DNA of 63,961 bases, counting the filler, from Octopus bimaculoides (Eukaryota): assembly GCF_001194135.2 (NCBI RefSeq). It is 4 parts of 4 records of this genome, joined end to end, with 100 filler letters (N's around TTAATTAATTAA, not from the genome) between each part and the next. Parts side by side here need not be neighbours in the genome. Positions count along the whole stretch, not along the records: positions 1 to 17,661 come from NC_068986.1; 3 more parts are not named here. One strand, given 5' to 3'. The position numbers and the translations under genes were made by a program. Below, in pieces: positions 1 to 11,197 of the stretch (positions are counted from its first letter, which is position 1; each line of letters starts with the position of its first letter). Under the pieces are notes generated by a model that did not search any database, was not told the origin of the DNA, and worked only from the letters and a program-made list of their open reading frames with translations.

Positions 1-640
1 GCCAATTCACCATTCTTCACAATTTCAATAACAGCAAAACACAAACTGGACTAGTTTTAAGCCAATTAGATAGATTTGCCTAAATTGGGCTAAAAGAAGT
101 CCCCACCCCACCCCCCGCACACGCTCGACTTATAATAAAACATTAAAACTTTCTTACGAGCTTTCAATTCTTAGCATGTCATTGTGACTAATAGTGGAAC
201 CTCATACGCTGAATGCTTTTTGACTGGGACTGGCATACTACACAAAATATAACAAAAAAAAAAAAAATCAATCTTCAGCTTTTGTAGAGTAGAGGGGCCC
301 CACTAACAATTCTCTAATTGGGCCCCCGCACTTCCAAGCGCCGACCATGATATACAGGATGCGACAGAAAACTTCACATATCTGACACAGTCATTGGTGT
401 GACGACAGTAAAGTTAGGCAGGTGGGCTTAAAGTTTTTCGTAGCTAATGTTTTACAGTTTTATTTTTTAGTTGCCATCATGGTTTGGCTTCATGCCTGCC
501 TTGCATTTGTTGTTAAAATACTTATGAAAAGGGTAAATCTGAGATGTGTTATTAGTGCAACCTGTATGTGTATAAACAAAATCACGTTTTATACAGCACC
601 TTAAATAAAACATGAAATAAATAAAAGCATTTAATTAATC

Positions 641-773
641 AAGTGTGGAACAACATGGTTCGGGGTTCAATACTACTGTGTGTTACTTTGAGTAAGTTGA
701 GCAAGTGTCTTCTACTATAGTCTCGATCCGACTAAAGTCTTGTGAGTAGACTGAAACTGTAAAATAGAATGTC

Positions 774-815
<42 letters not shown>

Positions 816-1053
816 NNNNNNNNNNTGTGTGTGTGTGTGTGTGTGTGTGTGTTTTACCTCCATTATCACATGACAATCGGTGTTGGTGGGTTCACGTCCC
901 GTAGCTTAGCGTTCAGCAAAAGAAAACGATAGACTAAGTACCAGTATTAAAAATGAAAATAAGTACCGGGGTCGATACATTCGACTAAAAATTCCTGAAG
1001 GCGGTGCCCCAGCATGGTCGCAGTTTAATAACTGAAACAAATAAAAACTAAAA
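641..1053 (+). mobile_element. SINE family A (tRNA head, GGGCAAGTG core, internal microsatellite, GAAACAAGTAAAAG tail)
   Basis: Similar to many copies in this window (9890-10290 -, 15600-15820 +, 16745-17140 -, 19823-19985 +, 20046-20600 +, 22000-22360 -, 25435-25600 +). Boundaries approximate. Confidence 0.85.
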
Positions 1054-1784
1054 GATGAATTTATTTATTTATCCTGGATTCAGAAATACATCCGTTTATT
1101 TCTATGTCTTCTGCGTTCATATTTCGCTGAGGTCAACTTTGACATTCATCCTTTCAATATTGATGAAAAAAATAAAACAAAATAACAAAAAGTTACCAAT
1201 CAATAGGCGGTGGACTGGTGGTACTAAGAATATCTAATCGGATGCCTTGCGATATTTATTCAAAGTCTTTGAGTTCTGAGTTCAAATCCCGTCGTGGTCA
1301 ACTTGGGTGGTAGACTTAATTCGTTTCTCCATTTTACACTACTAACTAGCATCTTGGGTCCTTTAGCAGAGTCCATTCTACTGCAAGCATTAAGGGCCAG
1401 GAGTCTACTTTGAAGATTCTTAACTTATATCTTGGAGGTCATATAAACGGTCATGGGTACTACCTTCCTTCCTAACTATAAGATAAAAATAACGTTTATT
1501 GTAGAAGCTACATCTTGTATATCACAGAATATTTACAAATGAGACTATTTTATAAACATATCTGTAGGTACGGTTGTTTAACTGCAGGTCAGGCCTGATT
1601 AAATAGACCTATTATTAAAGACAATCCGTTCGTGACAATACTGTCTTTTTTTAAGATGTAATGTATCGCAGGTTACATTACCCAAAAGGTCCTTTCTGTT
1701 TTTAAGACGGCATGATGCGAGCCAGGAGATTTAGCTATTTTTAGCAGTTCTAACGACAACTTCAGGTTCCTTTGTTGGTTCAGT

Positions 1785-2190
1785 GTATAGGTTAATGGAA
1801 ATAAATCGCATGAAATAAAGTCAACTGGCACTATTTTATTGACTCCGAAAGGATGACAGGTAAAGCCGATCTTGACGGAATTTGAACTCAGAATGTAAAA
1901 CCGGATGAACTGCCGCTAAACATTTTTTCCGACGTTTTAAGGGTTCTGTCAGCAAGCTGCCTTAAGCATCATAAATAAAAGTTTCAAATTTTGGCACAAG
2001 GCCAGTAATTTCAGGGGAGGGGCAAGTCGATTACATTTACACCAGTATTCAACTAGTACTTATTTTATCGATTCTGGAAGGATGAAAGGCAAAGTGGAGC
2101 TCGGTGGAATTTGAACTCAGAACATAGCGACAGACGAAATACCGCTTTCCGTTCAGCGTGCTAACGATTCTGCTAGCTCACCGCCTTAAA
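1785..2190 (-). mobile_element. Two tandem copies of SINE family B (GAGCTGGCAGAA...TTCTGAGTTCAAATTCC...CTTTCATCCTTTCGGGGTCG)
   Basis: Matches copies at 7790-7935 +, 13420-13628 -, 37975-38170 -, 38680-38825 +, 50350-50498 +, 54690-55010 +, 56235-56415 +. Confidence 0.85.
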
Positions 2191-2848
2191 AAGTAACTAA
2201 ATGACATTTTAAGTTGTTTATTAATTGATAATTCAAAACTCACACAGAAAAATATAATATATATATATATATAAAAAGATTACAAAAAAAAAAGTTTTAT
2301 TCAGTATCTTAAAGCAATGAAAAAAGAAAAAAAAAAAAGAAAAAGGAAATTAAAGCTTGTTAAATATTAGAATTCTGTAACTTTTCACTTTCCACCTTTT
2401 CTTGAGTTTGATGAACCTTTTTGCTAATTGGCTTAAATGCAAATGAATCCCTTCCCAGTGTTCTCGTTCTTATTTTTGCGTTTGAGAAAGAAAACTGGAC
2501 AATCTATTCCGGAAGACTTTCAGCAAGGGACTCTTGACAACTTTCAGAAATTTCTAGTGTTACCGGATGTGAGAGATATTGACTGTCCGGGATAGACGAC
2601 AAAGACACAGAAATACTGTTAATTGGGCCTGTCCATGCTGTACACGGAGCGCCACGAAACTGTTCTACATGCACTCGTTGTGTGTCTAAGCAATGCTGAC
2701 GTGTGAAATTGTGTCTGACAGCGGTTGTCCCTCGTATGGCGGTTCCGGTACCATCTAAATCCATCATTTAGAGCTCGACGCCATCTTTCTTTGGCCAAAA
2801 GGTGGGTTAGGCAGACAATTTTCCTTTGCTTGTTGGCCATGCGTGCAA

Positions 2849-2905
2849 AAGATTGTATAGTAGACAAGATTGTATAGTAGACAAGATTGTATAGTAGACA
2901 AGATT
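2849..2905. repeat. 17-bp tandem repeat AAGATTGTATAGTAGAC x3.3
   Basis: Three perfect units plus AAGATT; no spacers. Confidence 0.97.
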
Positions 2906-3322
2906 AAATAGAAGAAAGACAGATACTTTCTTCGATTAAATTTTGACCAAAGAAGACGGCGAGGATACAGAGGAAAATAATTTTGTTTTGTGAATTCGTT
3001 AAAAGTTTGGTGAAATGGAAATAATAGCCATAGCAAAAAAAAAAAAACTTACTCTCAACATCTGCATATAGGGCAAAGAACACAGCTGGAAGAGAGCACT
3101 TATGTTTGGAAAACAGGCTAATATTTGAACTTTTGGGGCCTTGAATGGTCATAAATGATTATTTCTCTGTTAGAAAGTTTGATTTAATTTTTGTCCATAC
3201 TTGCGTTTTTTGTTTTATTTCATAACTAATGCAGCGCAAACTTCCATTATTTTGTAATGTATCCATATTATATTCCTTCATTCATAGCTCACGTGGCAAA
3301 TAACAGAAATTATTGTTGATGC

Positions 3323-3377
<55 letters not shown>

Positions 3378-3631
3378 GTTGTTCAGTAGTTTTAGTTTTA
3401 TAACGTGCTTTCACTTCACTACCGAGCGCAGCTCTGTGCGCCTTGGGTATGTGCTGTGGTTTGCTGTGGTGCTCTTATGTTTACTGTATTGAAAGTGTTT
3501 TGCGTAGAATGTGTGCAGTACCCAGTAGTGCAATTTTCTGTATGTTATATATATTTGTAAGTCCTGGTGTTTTTGTTATGTATTTGTCTGAATATTTTTT
3601 TATTATACCTAAGGCACCTACTATGATAGGA
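3378..3631 (-). mobile_element. 3' end of an R4/Dong-like RLE-clade non-LTR retrotransposon
   Basis: Minus strand 3630-3481 reads PIIVGALGIIKKYSDKYITKTPGLTNIYNIQKIALLGTAHILRKTLSIQ*, the C-terminal restriction-like endonuclease signature (P..GALG...IQK..LLGTA.ILR). A short 3' UTR runs into (TAA)n. The 5' part is lost in the gap. Confidence 0.85.
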
Positions 3632-4467
3632 NNNNNNNNNNNNNNNNNNNNNNNNNNNNNNNNNNNNNNNNNNNNNNNNNNNNNNNNNNNNNNNNNNNNN
3701 NNNNNNNNNNNNNNNNNNNNNNNNNNNNNNNNNNNNNNNNNNNNNNNNNNNNNNNNNNNNNNNNNNNNNNNNNNNNNNNNNNNNNNNNNNNNNNNNNNNN
3801 NNNNNNNNNNNNNNNNNNNNNNNNNNNNNNNNNNNNNNNNNNNNNNNNNNNNNNNNNNNNNNNNNNNNNNNNNNNNNNNNNNNNNNNNNNNNNNNNNNNN
3901 NNNNNNNNNNNNNNNNNNNNNNNNNNNNNNNNNNNNNNNNNNNNNNNNNNNNNNNNNNNNNNNNNNNNNNNNNNNNNNNNNNNNNNNNNNNNNNNNNNNN
4001 NNNNNNNNNNNNNNNNNNNNNNNNNNNNNNNNNNNNNNNNNNNNNNNNNNNNNNNNNNNNNNNNNNNNNNNNNNNNNNNNNNNNNNNNNNNNNNNNNNNN
4101 NNNNNNNNNNNNNNNNNNNNNNNNNNNNNNNNNNNNNNNNNNNNNNNNNNNNNNNNNNNNNNNNNNNNNNNNNNNNNNNNNNNNNNNNNNNNNNNNNNNN
4201 NNNNNNNNNNNNNNNNNNNNNNNNNNNNNNNNNNNNNNNNNNNNNNNNNNNNNNNNNNNNNNNNNNNNNNNNNNNNNNNNNNNNNNNNNNNNNNNNNNNN
4301 NNNNNNNNNNNNNNNNNNNNNNNNNNNNNNNNNNNNNNNNNNNNNNNNNNNNNNNNNNNNNNNNNNNNNNNNNNNNNNNNNNNNNNNNNNNNNNNNNNNN
4401 NNNNNNNNNNNNNNNNNNNNNNNNNNNNNNNNNNNNNNNNNNAAATAACAGAAATTATTGTTGATGC

Positions 4468-4522
<55 letters not shown>

Positions 4523-4540
4523 TTATATATATATATATAT

Positions 4541-4940
4541 TATCCGAAATGTACAGTATTATATATCCATCACGGCTGATCTTACCAATAGGAATATAAT
4601 GGAGTGTTAGGTAACAATCCGATTATACAACCTTACGCTCACCAGAGCTAGCCGACATGGAAAGGAATATGGTGATTGCTCACTATTGTCGAAGGTGAAT
4701 GGACACAGCCGGTTTGCGGTTGCTGGGAAAAAGATGGTGAAACGAAAATGAGCAGACCGGATGTGTCTATTTACCTCCGACAATAGACAGTAGTCGCCAT
4801 ATTCCTTTCTATATCGGCTAACTCTGATGAGCGTAAGGTTATATAATCGGATGCTTACTTAACACTCCTTTGTATTCCTAGCGCGAAGCCAATTGGTAAG
4901 ACCAGCCGTGATGGATATATAATATTGCACATTTCGGATA
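4541..4940. mobile_element. Foldback / MITE-like element, arms about 170 bp
   Basis: 4541-~4712 is the reverse complement of ~4757-4940 (TATCCGAAATGT... / ...ACATTTCGGATA) with substitutions and an indel; embedded in (TA)n. Confidence 0.85.
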
Positions 4941-5432
4941 ATATACCCCCCACTCTATTGACAGATAAACGAATGCATTTTCCCCTGACTTANNNNNNNN
5001 NNNNNNNNNNNNNNNNNNNNNNNNNNNNNNNNNNNNNNNNNNNNNNNNNNNNNNNNNNNNNNNNNNNNNNNNNNNNNNNNNNNNNNNNNNNNNNNNNNNN
5101 NNNNNNNNNNNNNNNNNNNNNNNNNNNNNNNNNNNNNNNNNNNNNNNNNNNNNNNNNNNNNNNNNNNNNNNNNNNNNNNNNNNNNNNNNNNNNNNNNNNN
5201 NNNNNNNNNNNNNNNNNNNNNNNNNNNNNNNNNNNNNNNNNNNNNNNNNNNNNNNNNNNNNNNNNNNNNNNNNNNNNNNNNNNNNNNNNNNNNNNNNNNN
5301 NNNNNNNNNNNNNNNNNNNNNNNNNNNNNNNNNNNNNNNNNNNNNNNNNNNNNNNNNNNNNNNNNNNNNNNNNNNNNNNNNNNNNNNNNNNNNNNNNNNN
5401 NNNNNNNNNNNNNNNNNNNNNNNNNNNNNNNN

Positions 5433-5529
5433 ATAATGAGGCATATAAATCCTTGACAGAGAAAAGTAGGTTTTCCGTACGCGTGGGGAAACCTACTTTT
5501 TTCTGTCGAGGGCTTATATGCCTCATTAT
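5433..5529. repeat. 97-nt near-perfect palindrome / hairpin
   Basis: ATAATGAGGCATATAA...AAAGTAGGTTT pairs with AAACCTACTTT...TTATATGCCTCATTAT; arms about 44 bp with 5 mismatches; abuts a gap on the left. Confidence 0.9.
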
Positions 5530-5636
5530 TAGACTATTTTCTTTAGTCATTGCGCGGCGATCGCTTTAAGCTTATAAAATACTATTATTATTATTTACAG
5601 AATTGTAAAAGTCGACACTGCTTAAAAAACAATTCG

Positions 5637-5676
<40 letters not shown>

Positions 5677-7065
5677 CTATAAAACACACATGCATCCCCG
5701 CCCACATAATTAAAGTGCCTGGATGCCTGGGCAGCCAGCTGTATGTACAGCAAGGCAATAGACCAGCTATCTTAAAACTTCTGAGCCTAGAGAGTAAACG
5801 CCAATCTGAGTTCGCAGCGGTTAATGAATGCAGTGGGAAGGTTGGTGAAAGCTATTGTGAAGAGGTGTAAGCTATGAGGGAAGGATAGAAAGAAGGAAGT
5901 TGAGAAGTACATCAAGGAGCTCAGCAGGCCTCAATTAACCTCGGTTGTTATTCAATTGGTTAAGGGGCTTTTGAATCACTCTGCATTGCATTTTATATGG
6001 TGTTAAACTTGAATAATAAATTCCATAGAGCTGATATTTCGGCATGAAAAAAATCTTTAGATTTCAAAATATATATATATAAAAAAAAAAAAAACGAAAT
6101 TCAATCAACTCGAAAATTTCCATATTCTTAGAATCTCACTCTACAGTTAAATGCAGTTCTCAGCCATTGCCTTCTTTCTGCCAGACCAATTTCCGTTCGA
6201 TGATAACCCGATTGGAATGAGATGACGTGCTTTAGCAAACGATATCTTATTTGGTGTTGAGTTAGGTACAAATATTTTGATCAAGGATTTCGCTTAGGTA
6301 TCGAAAAACAGTTGCATTTGGTAGTAGTTGATTTTTTTTTTTGTCATCAATTTCCTCCTCTTTCTCTCTCTTATTATTCTAGCCTGACTGAAGGGAAATA
6401 TATAATTTAAATAATACATAAACTCACTCTATAGATATTATAGATGTATGTGTTAAGTATGTTTTGAATGAAATAACGTCATCTGACAGTTTTAACTGCA
6501 TACAATTCGTTGTGGGAGCTCAATTATAGAAATTGCAAAATACAAAAAAAAAAAAAAAANNNNNNNNNNAAAAAAAAAAAAAAAAAATTATCCTGAGTTC
6601 TTATTTCATTTAAACATACAATATTCCTATAATGGCCATGTAATGTGTTTTTGACGTATTATTTTAATTACTTAGATAAGTACGCGTATATTGAACATAT
6701 CCGGGTCGTCATTCATGGATTGAAAGGAAAAGCTGTTACAATGTGTGTGTGCCTGCGTATGTGTGTGTGTCTGTGCGTGTGTCTTGTGTGTAAAAATAAC
6801 CAGAACATGAAATCAATATCATAAATTTACGCTGGCATTAAAGTGGTTATCTAATCGGATATCTGATATATATCTATACGACGTTATTAAACGAACTTAG
6901 TATCTGTGCAGACTTTTTTCTTTTCAGCTTATTCGCACAAATGATCTGATGCGCAAACCTGTCACCTTAGCGTTATAAAACATAACTTCTTAAAATTCTC
7001 TAATTACACACAGGGAAATCGCTGTACATAACACCACCACCACCACAACAACAACAACAACAATG

Positions 7066-7069
<4 letters not shown>

Positions 7070-7120
<51 letters not shown>
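7070..7120. repeat. (ATT)n microsatellite, representative of the very many (AT)n, (GT)n, (ATGT)n, (ATCT)n, (GAAA)n and (ATT)n tracts across the window
   Basis: Direct reading; such tracts flank most N gaps. Confidence 0.99.
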
Positions 7121-7123
<3 letters not shown>

Positions 7124-7267
7124 GATGCTTAAGGAGGGTCAACCAGATATTAAAACTAATGTATATTGTGAAATATGCTATAATTTACCATGTGCACGAG
7201 TTTCATTAATATTAAGATAGCAGAACCTCAAAACATTGGGGTGGCCTAATACTTTTGGCCAAAGCTG
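7121..7267 (-). mobile_element. Solo inverted copy of the left TIR of the Tc1 element
   Basis: 147-bp reverse complement of 11198-11344 with one mismatch; ends ...AGCTG followed by TA (7268-69); inner end fused to an (ATT)n tract. Confidence 0.93.
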
Positions 7268-7675
7268 TATATGTATGTCATATACTGCTGAGGTCGATTT
7301 TGCCTTTCATCCCCTCGGAGTCGATTAAATAAGGAGCAGTTACGCACTACGGTCGATATAATCAACTTAATCCCTTCTTCCAAATTTGAGGCCTTGTGCT
7401 TCTCGTAGAAAGAAATATTGTTATTATTATCATTGAGTGCGAGAGCAGTGCATGCCATCAAAGTTACATTGAGGTAAAATATACGAAGCCCAAGAGACAG
7501 CCACCAAGAGACATGCTCAACTGGTTAAAATCAAGCAACTGACAAGCAAATCTGTGGTATTGAGCAGAATATTTGCTGTAGTCCATCTTTAACACCAAGA
7601 CAGAGTATGATAACACTCCCCATTAGTTAAGATCAGAAGCCATGAAAGCCCGGGCCTGGTACTGCATCAGGGCAC

Positions 7676-7720
<45 letters not shown>

Positions 7721-7737
7721 CATCATCATCATCATCA

Positions 7738-7787
<50 letters not shown>

Positions 7788-8339
7788 TAAGGTGGTCAGC
7801 TAGCAGAATCGTTAGCATGCTGGACGAAATGCTTAGCAGTATTTCGCCCGTCGCTACGTTCTGAATTCAAATTCCGTCGAAGTCGACTTTGCTTTTCATC
7901 CTTTCGGGGTCGATTGAATAAGTACCAGTTAGAAAGGATTTTTATTATTATTATTATTATTACATTCAGTTTTCGATTTCATACCTATACGTTTGATTTC
8001 TTTCCAGCAAATACTAGACAAACGCATATTTTTATAATGACGGACGCGATTGAACACAAATTACATTCCTCGTTTCAATCAACAGTCATGAACGAAATTC
8101 AATATTTGTTCCCTATAAAATAACAGTTTTATTAAGGCATATCTGTCAGCTAAGTCAACGCCTCAGACCCCGTAAGAAAAGGTCCTCCAAGTCATAAACA
8201 TAAAACATAATTTTTCTTATTTCTTTTTCATCGTTTCATTGCTTAGTGTCATTGTACGTATGATGTGACGCCATTAATTTACACATACTCACGCGTACAT
8301 ACATACATACATACATACATACATACATACATGGTGGCT

Positions 8340-9700
8340 GTCGACTAGTCAGACGAGTATGACCATTGCTAATAGATTATATTCTTTCTGTTTTCCTTTT
8401 TCTTTTAGTGACCATGGGACTTACAATGGCTTTTAAAGCCAGCAAATGAATTGCATTATTTGTTGCAGATGCAACATTCATATTCATGTGTTGCTATTGG
8501 GTGCTCGATCTGTACAATACTTTGATTGTATACTTTTATATGCCATGTGATTCCGTAGCACATAGATTGCATATTAGATTAGCTGCTTAATATTGGTTGT
8601 ATTAAATAAACCTGAGGATTTCCAGCATGTTTGGACAGGTGACTTGTGAGGCCAGTTCTGGAGAAGCAAACTTGTCCGTATTTATCACTTTCAAAGTGTG
8701 TTGGCTGTTGGAACATAAAATCTTTGGTACGACTCCAGAAAAGGGTAGAGAGTTTGATGAAAACGACTAGGCTATAAAAACAGTGCTTTAAAAGAAAAAC
8801 GAGGTACGTAGAAAAATACAGCAAGAAGGGATATCAAATGAAAGGCGTTTACAGCTGGAAGAAAATTTCCAGCATGCGAAAGCTGCAGGTCAGCGCACTC
8901 TACAAGATGTGCGGGAAAGCTGCTGACCGAGACTTGCGACCGAGACATCCAAATAGCAGCTGATGCGAAAAACACTAAAGTAACTTGTACTTTGATGAAA
9001 CAAATCTTAGGATAAAAATCTGTGATGATGGTCACTCTTTGATTCAAGAATGGAAAGATCTACTTGCGGACAAAGAAAGCTTACCTAAGATAGGGGAGGA
9101 ACATTTTGATGCGTTGTTAATAAAGAACCCCCATCTTTATTGAAGATATTCAGCAAAGACCAACTATCTCTTCCCTTGATGATCCACCTACAAAATATAG
9201 AATACAAATGGGAATTAAGAAATGTAATCGTGAAAAAAGCTGCCGGAAAACATGGACTTCTTGCAGAGATCTATGAATTAGGAGATGAAAGATTAACAAT
9301 AATTATGCATCACCTAATTTGGGGGATAGAGACAGTGAAGTACTGGAAAGATGTCATAGTAGTACAATTATGTGAAAACAAAAGTTTACGAGGGGATTGC
9401 CGTAATTATAGAGGAATAACACTGCTTTGTACTGGCCTCAACCATTCTATCTAAACTGAACAATACAAACTAAATTTTGCCAAAATCACATTGCGTTTCT
9501 CGGCCTCTCGAAGGCACAAGCACCACCATCTTTATAACTTGTCAACTCCATGAGGAATGTTGCGGATAGCGCCAAAACTTGTTCCAAAGATTTGTGAAAA
9601 TGGCAAAGTCCTTTGAAACATTCAGCAGAGAAACATAATGGAGAGTTGTCATCAAGTTGGGATTTCTCGGATCTCTTTGTTGACATGAAGTCTTTTCATG
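8340..9700 (+). mobile_element. Decayed RTE-clade LINE fragment (endonuclease linker to early RT)
   Basis: Fragmented motifs FDEND, EHFDALL, KKAAGKHGLLAEIY, WKDVIVV, GDCRNYRGITLL and TIFITCQLHEEC...AKSFETFSRE, with many stops and frameshifts. The left boundary is approximate. Confidence 0.85.
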
Positions 9701-11197
9701 ATCACACACACACGCACACATATACATATACACATATTCAATACACACATGCATGACTGCATACATACATACATACATATGTGTATGTACTGATGTATGT
9801 AAGAGATATATAAAGCGGATTATAGTTTTTAAATTTTCATTTGCCAATTTCCATTTCCATTTATTTATCATACACATTTATTTTTTACCATTTACTTGCT
9901 TGAGTGTTTGAACTGTAGCTATTCTGGGACACTACCTAAAAGGCTTTTTGTCGAGCGACTTCACTTCAATACTTATTCTTAAGTCTGTTACTTATTCTAT
10001 CATCTCTTTTGTCGCACTGTTTTGTTACGGGAACGTAAGCAAACCAACACCGATTGCCAAGAAGTAGTGGTGATGGTAATGGTTGTGGCGGTGGTGGTGG
10101 AGGGGAGCAAAATCGATGCAAAGACACACACACAGACACACACTCACACACACACACACACACGTATTTATATACACGACGGGCTTTCACACAGTTTCCG
10201 TTTACTGATTTAATTCATAAGGCATCAATCACTATAGAAGACACTCGTCGAAGGTACTGTGTAATTGAATTGAACTCGAATCCACGTGTTTGTGAAACGA
10301 GATTATCAATAAATTGTTGATGTGTTACAGAAAATGTGANNNNNNNNNNNNNNNNNNNNNNNNNNNNNNNNNNNNNNNNNNNNNNNNNNNNNNNNNNNNN
10401 NNNNNNNNNNNNNNNNNNNNNNNNNNNNNNNNNNNNNNNNNNNNNNNNNNNNNNNNNNNNNNNNNNNNNNNNNNNNNNNNNNNNNNNNNNNNNNNNNNNN
10501 NNNNNNNNNNNNNNNNNNNNNNNNNNNNNNNNNNNNNNNNNNNNNNNNNNNNNNNNNNNNNNNNNNNNNNNNNNNNNNNNNNNNNNNNNNNNNNNNNNNN
10601 NNNNNNNNNNNNNNNNNNNNNNNNNNNNNNNNNNNNNNNNNNNNNNNNNNNNNNNNNNNNNNNNNNNNNNNNNNNNNNNNNNNNNNNNNNNNTATATATA
10701 TATATATATACATATATGTGTGTGTGTGTGTGTGTGCGTCTTTATGTTTGTGTTTGTCCCTCCACCATCGCTTGACTACCGATAGAATAAATACCAGGCT
10801 TACAAAGAATAAATGCTGGGGTCGATTTCTTCGACTAAAATTCTGTAAGGCAGTGCTGCAGCATGGACGCAGTCACATGACTGAAACAAGTAAAAGAATG
10901 CTATGTAATTACGCATATATTTATCATGCTGCTGGTATGCACGAAATACAATATTAATATAACTTTCCAGGAGGGAAGCATAAGGTCATCAACCAATCTA
11001 TTTATATGAACATCTCAGTTATTTTATATATGCAATTACCAACGCTCACAATCACCTAGATCACTTTTTATATAATTTAGTATTATGATATAAGCTTTTG
11101 GCACATTTTCCCTGAAAGTGAAACATAATTCTAAAGAAAGTTATGACTTATACAATATATTTCAAAACATTTATAATCAGGCACTGACATACATATA

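Noticed and set aside
2849-2905. 17-bp repeats as a CRISPR-like array
   Set aside because: Contiguous tandem units without spacers, in a eukaryotic context.
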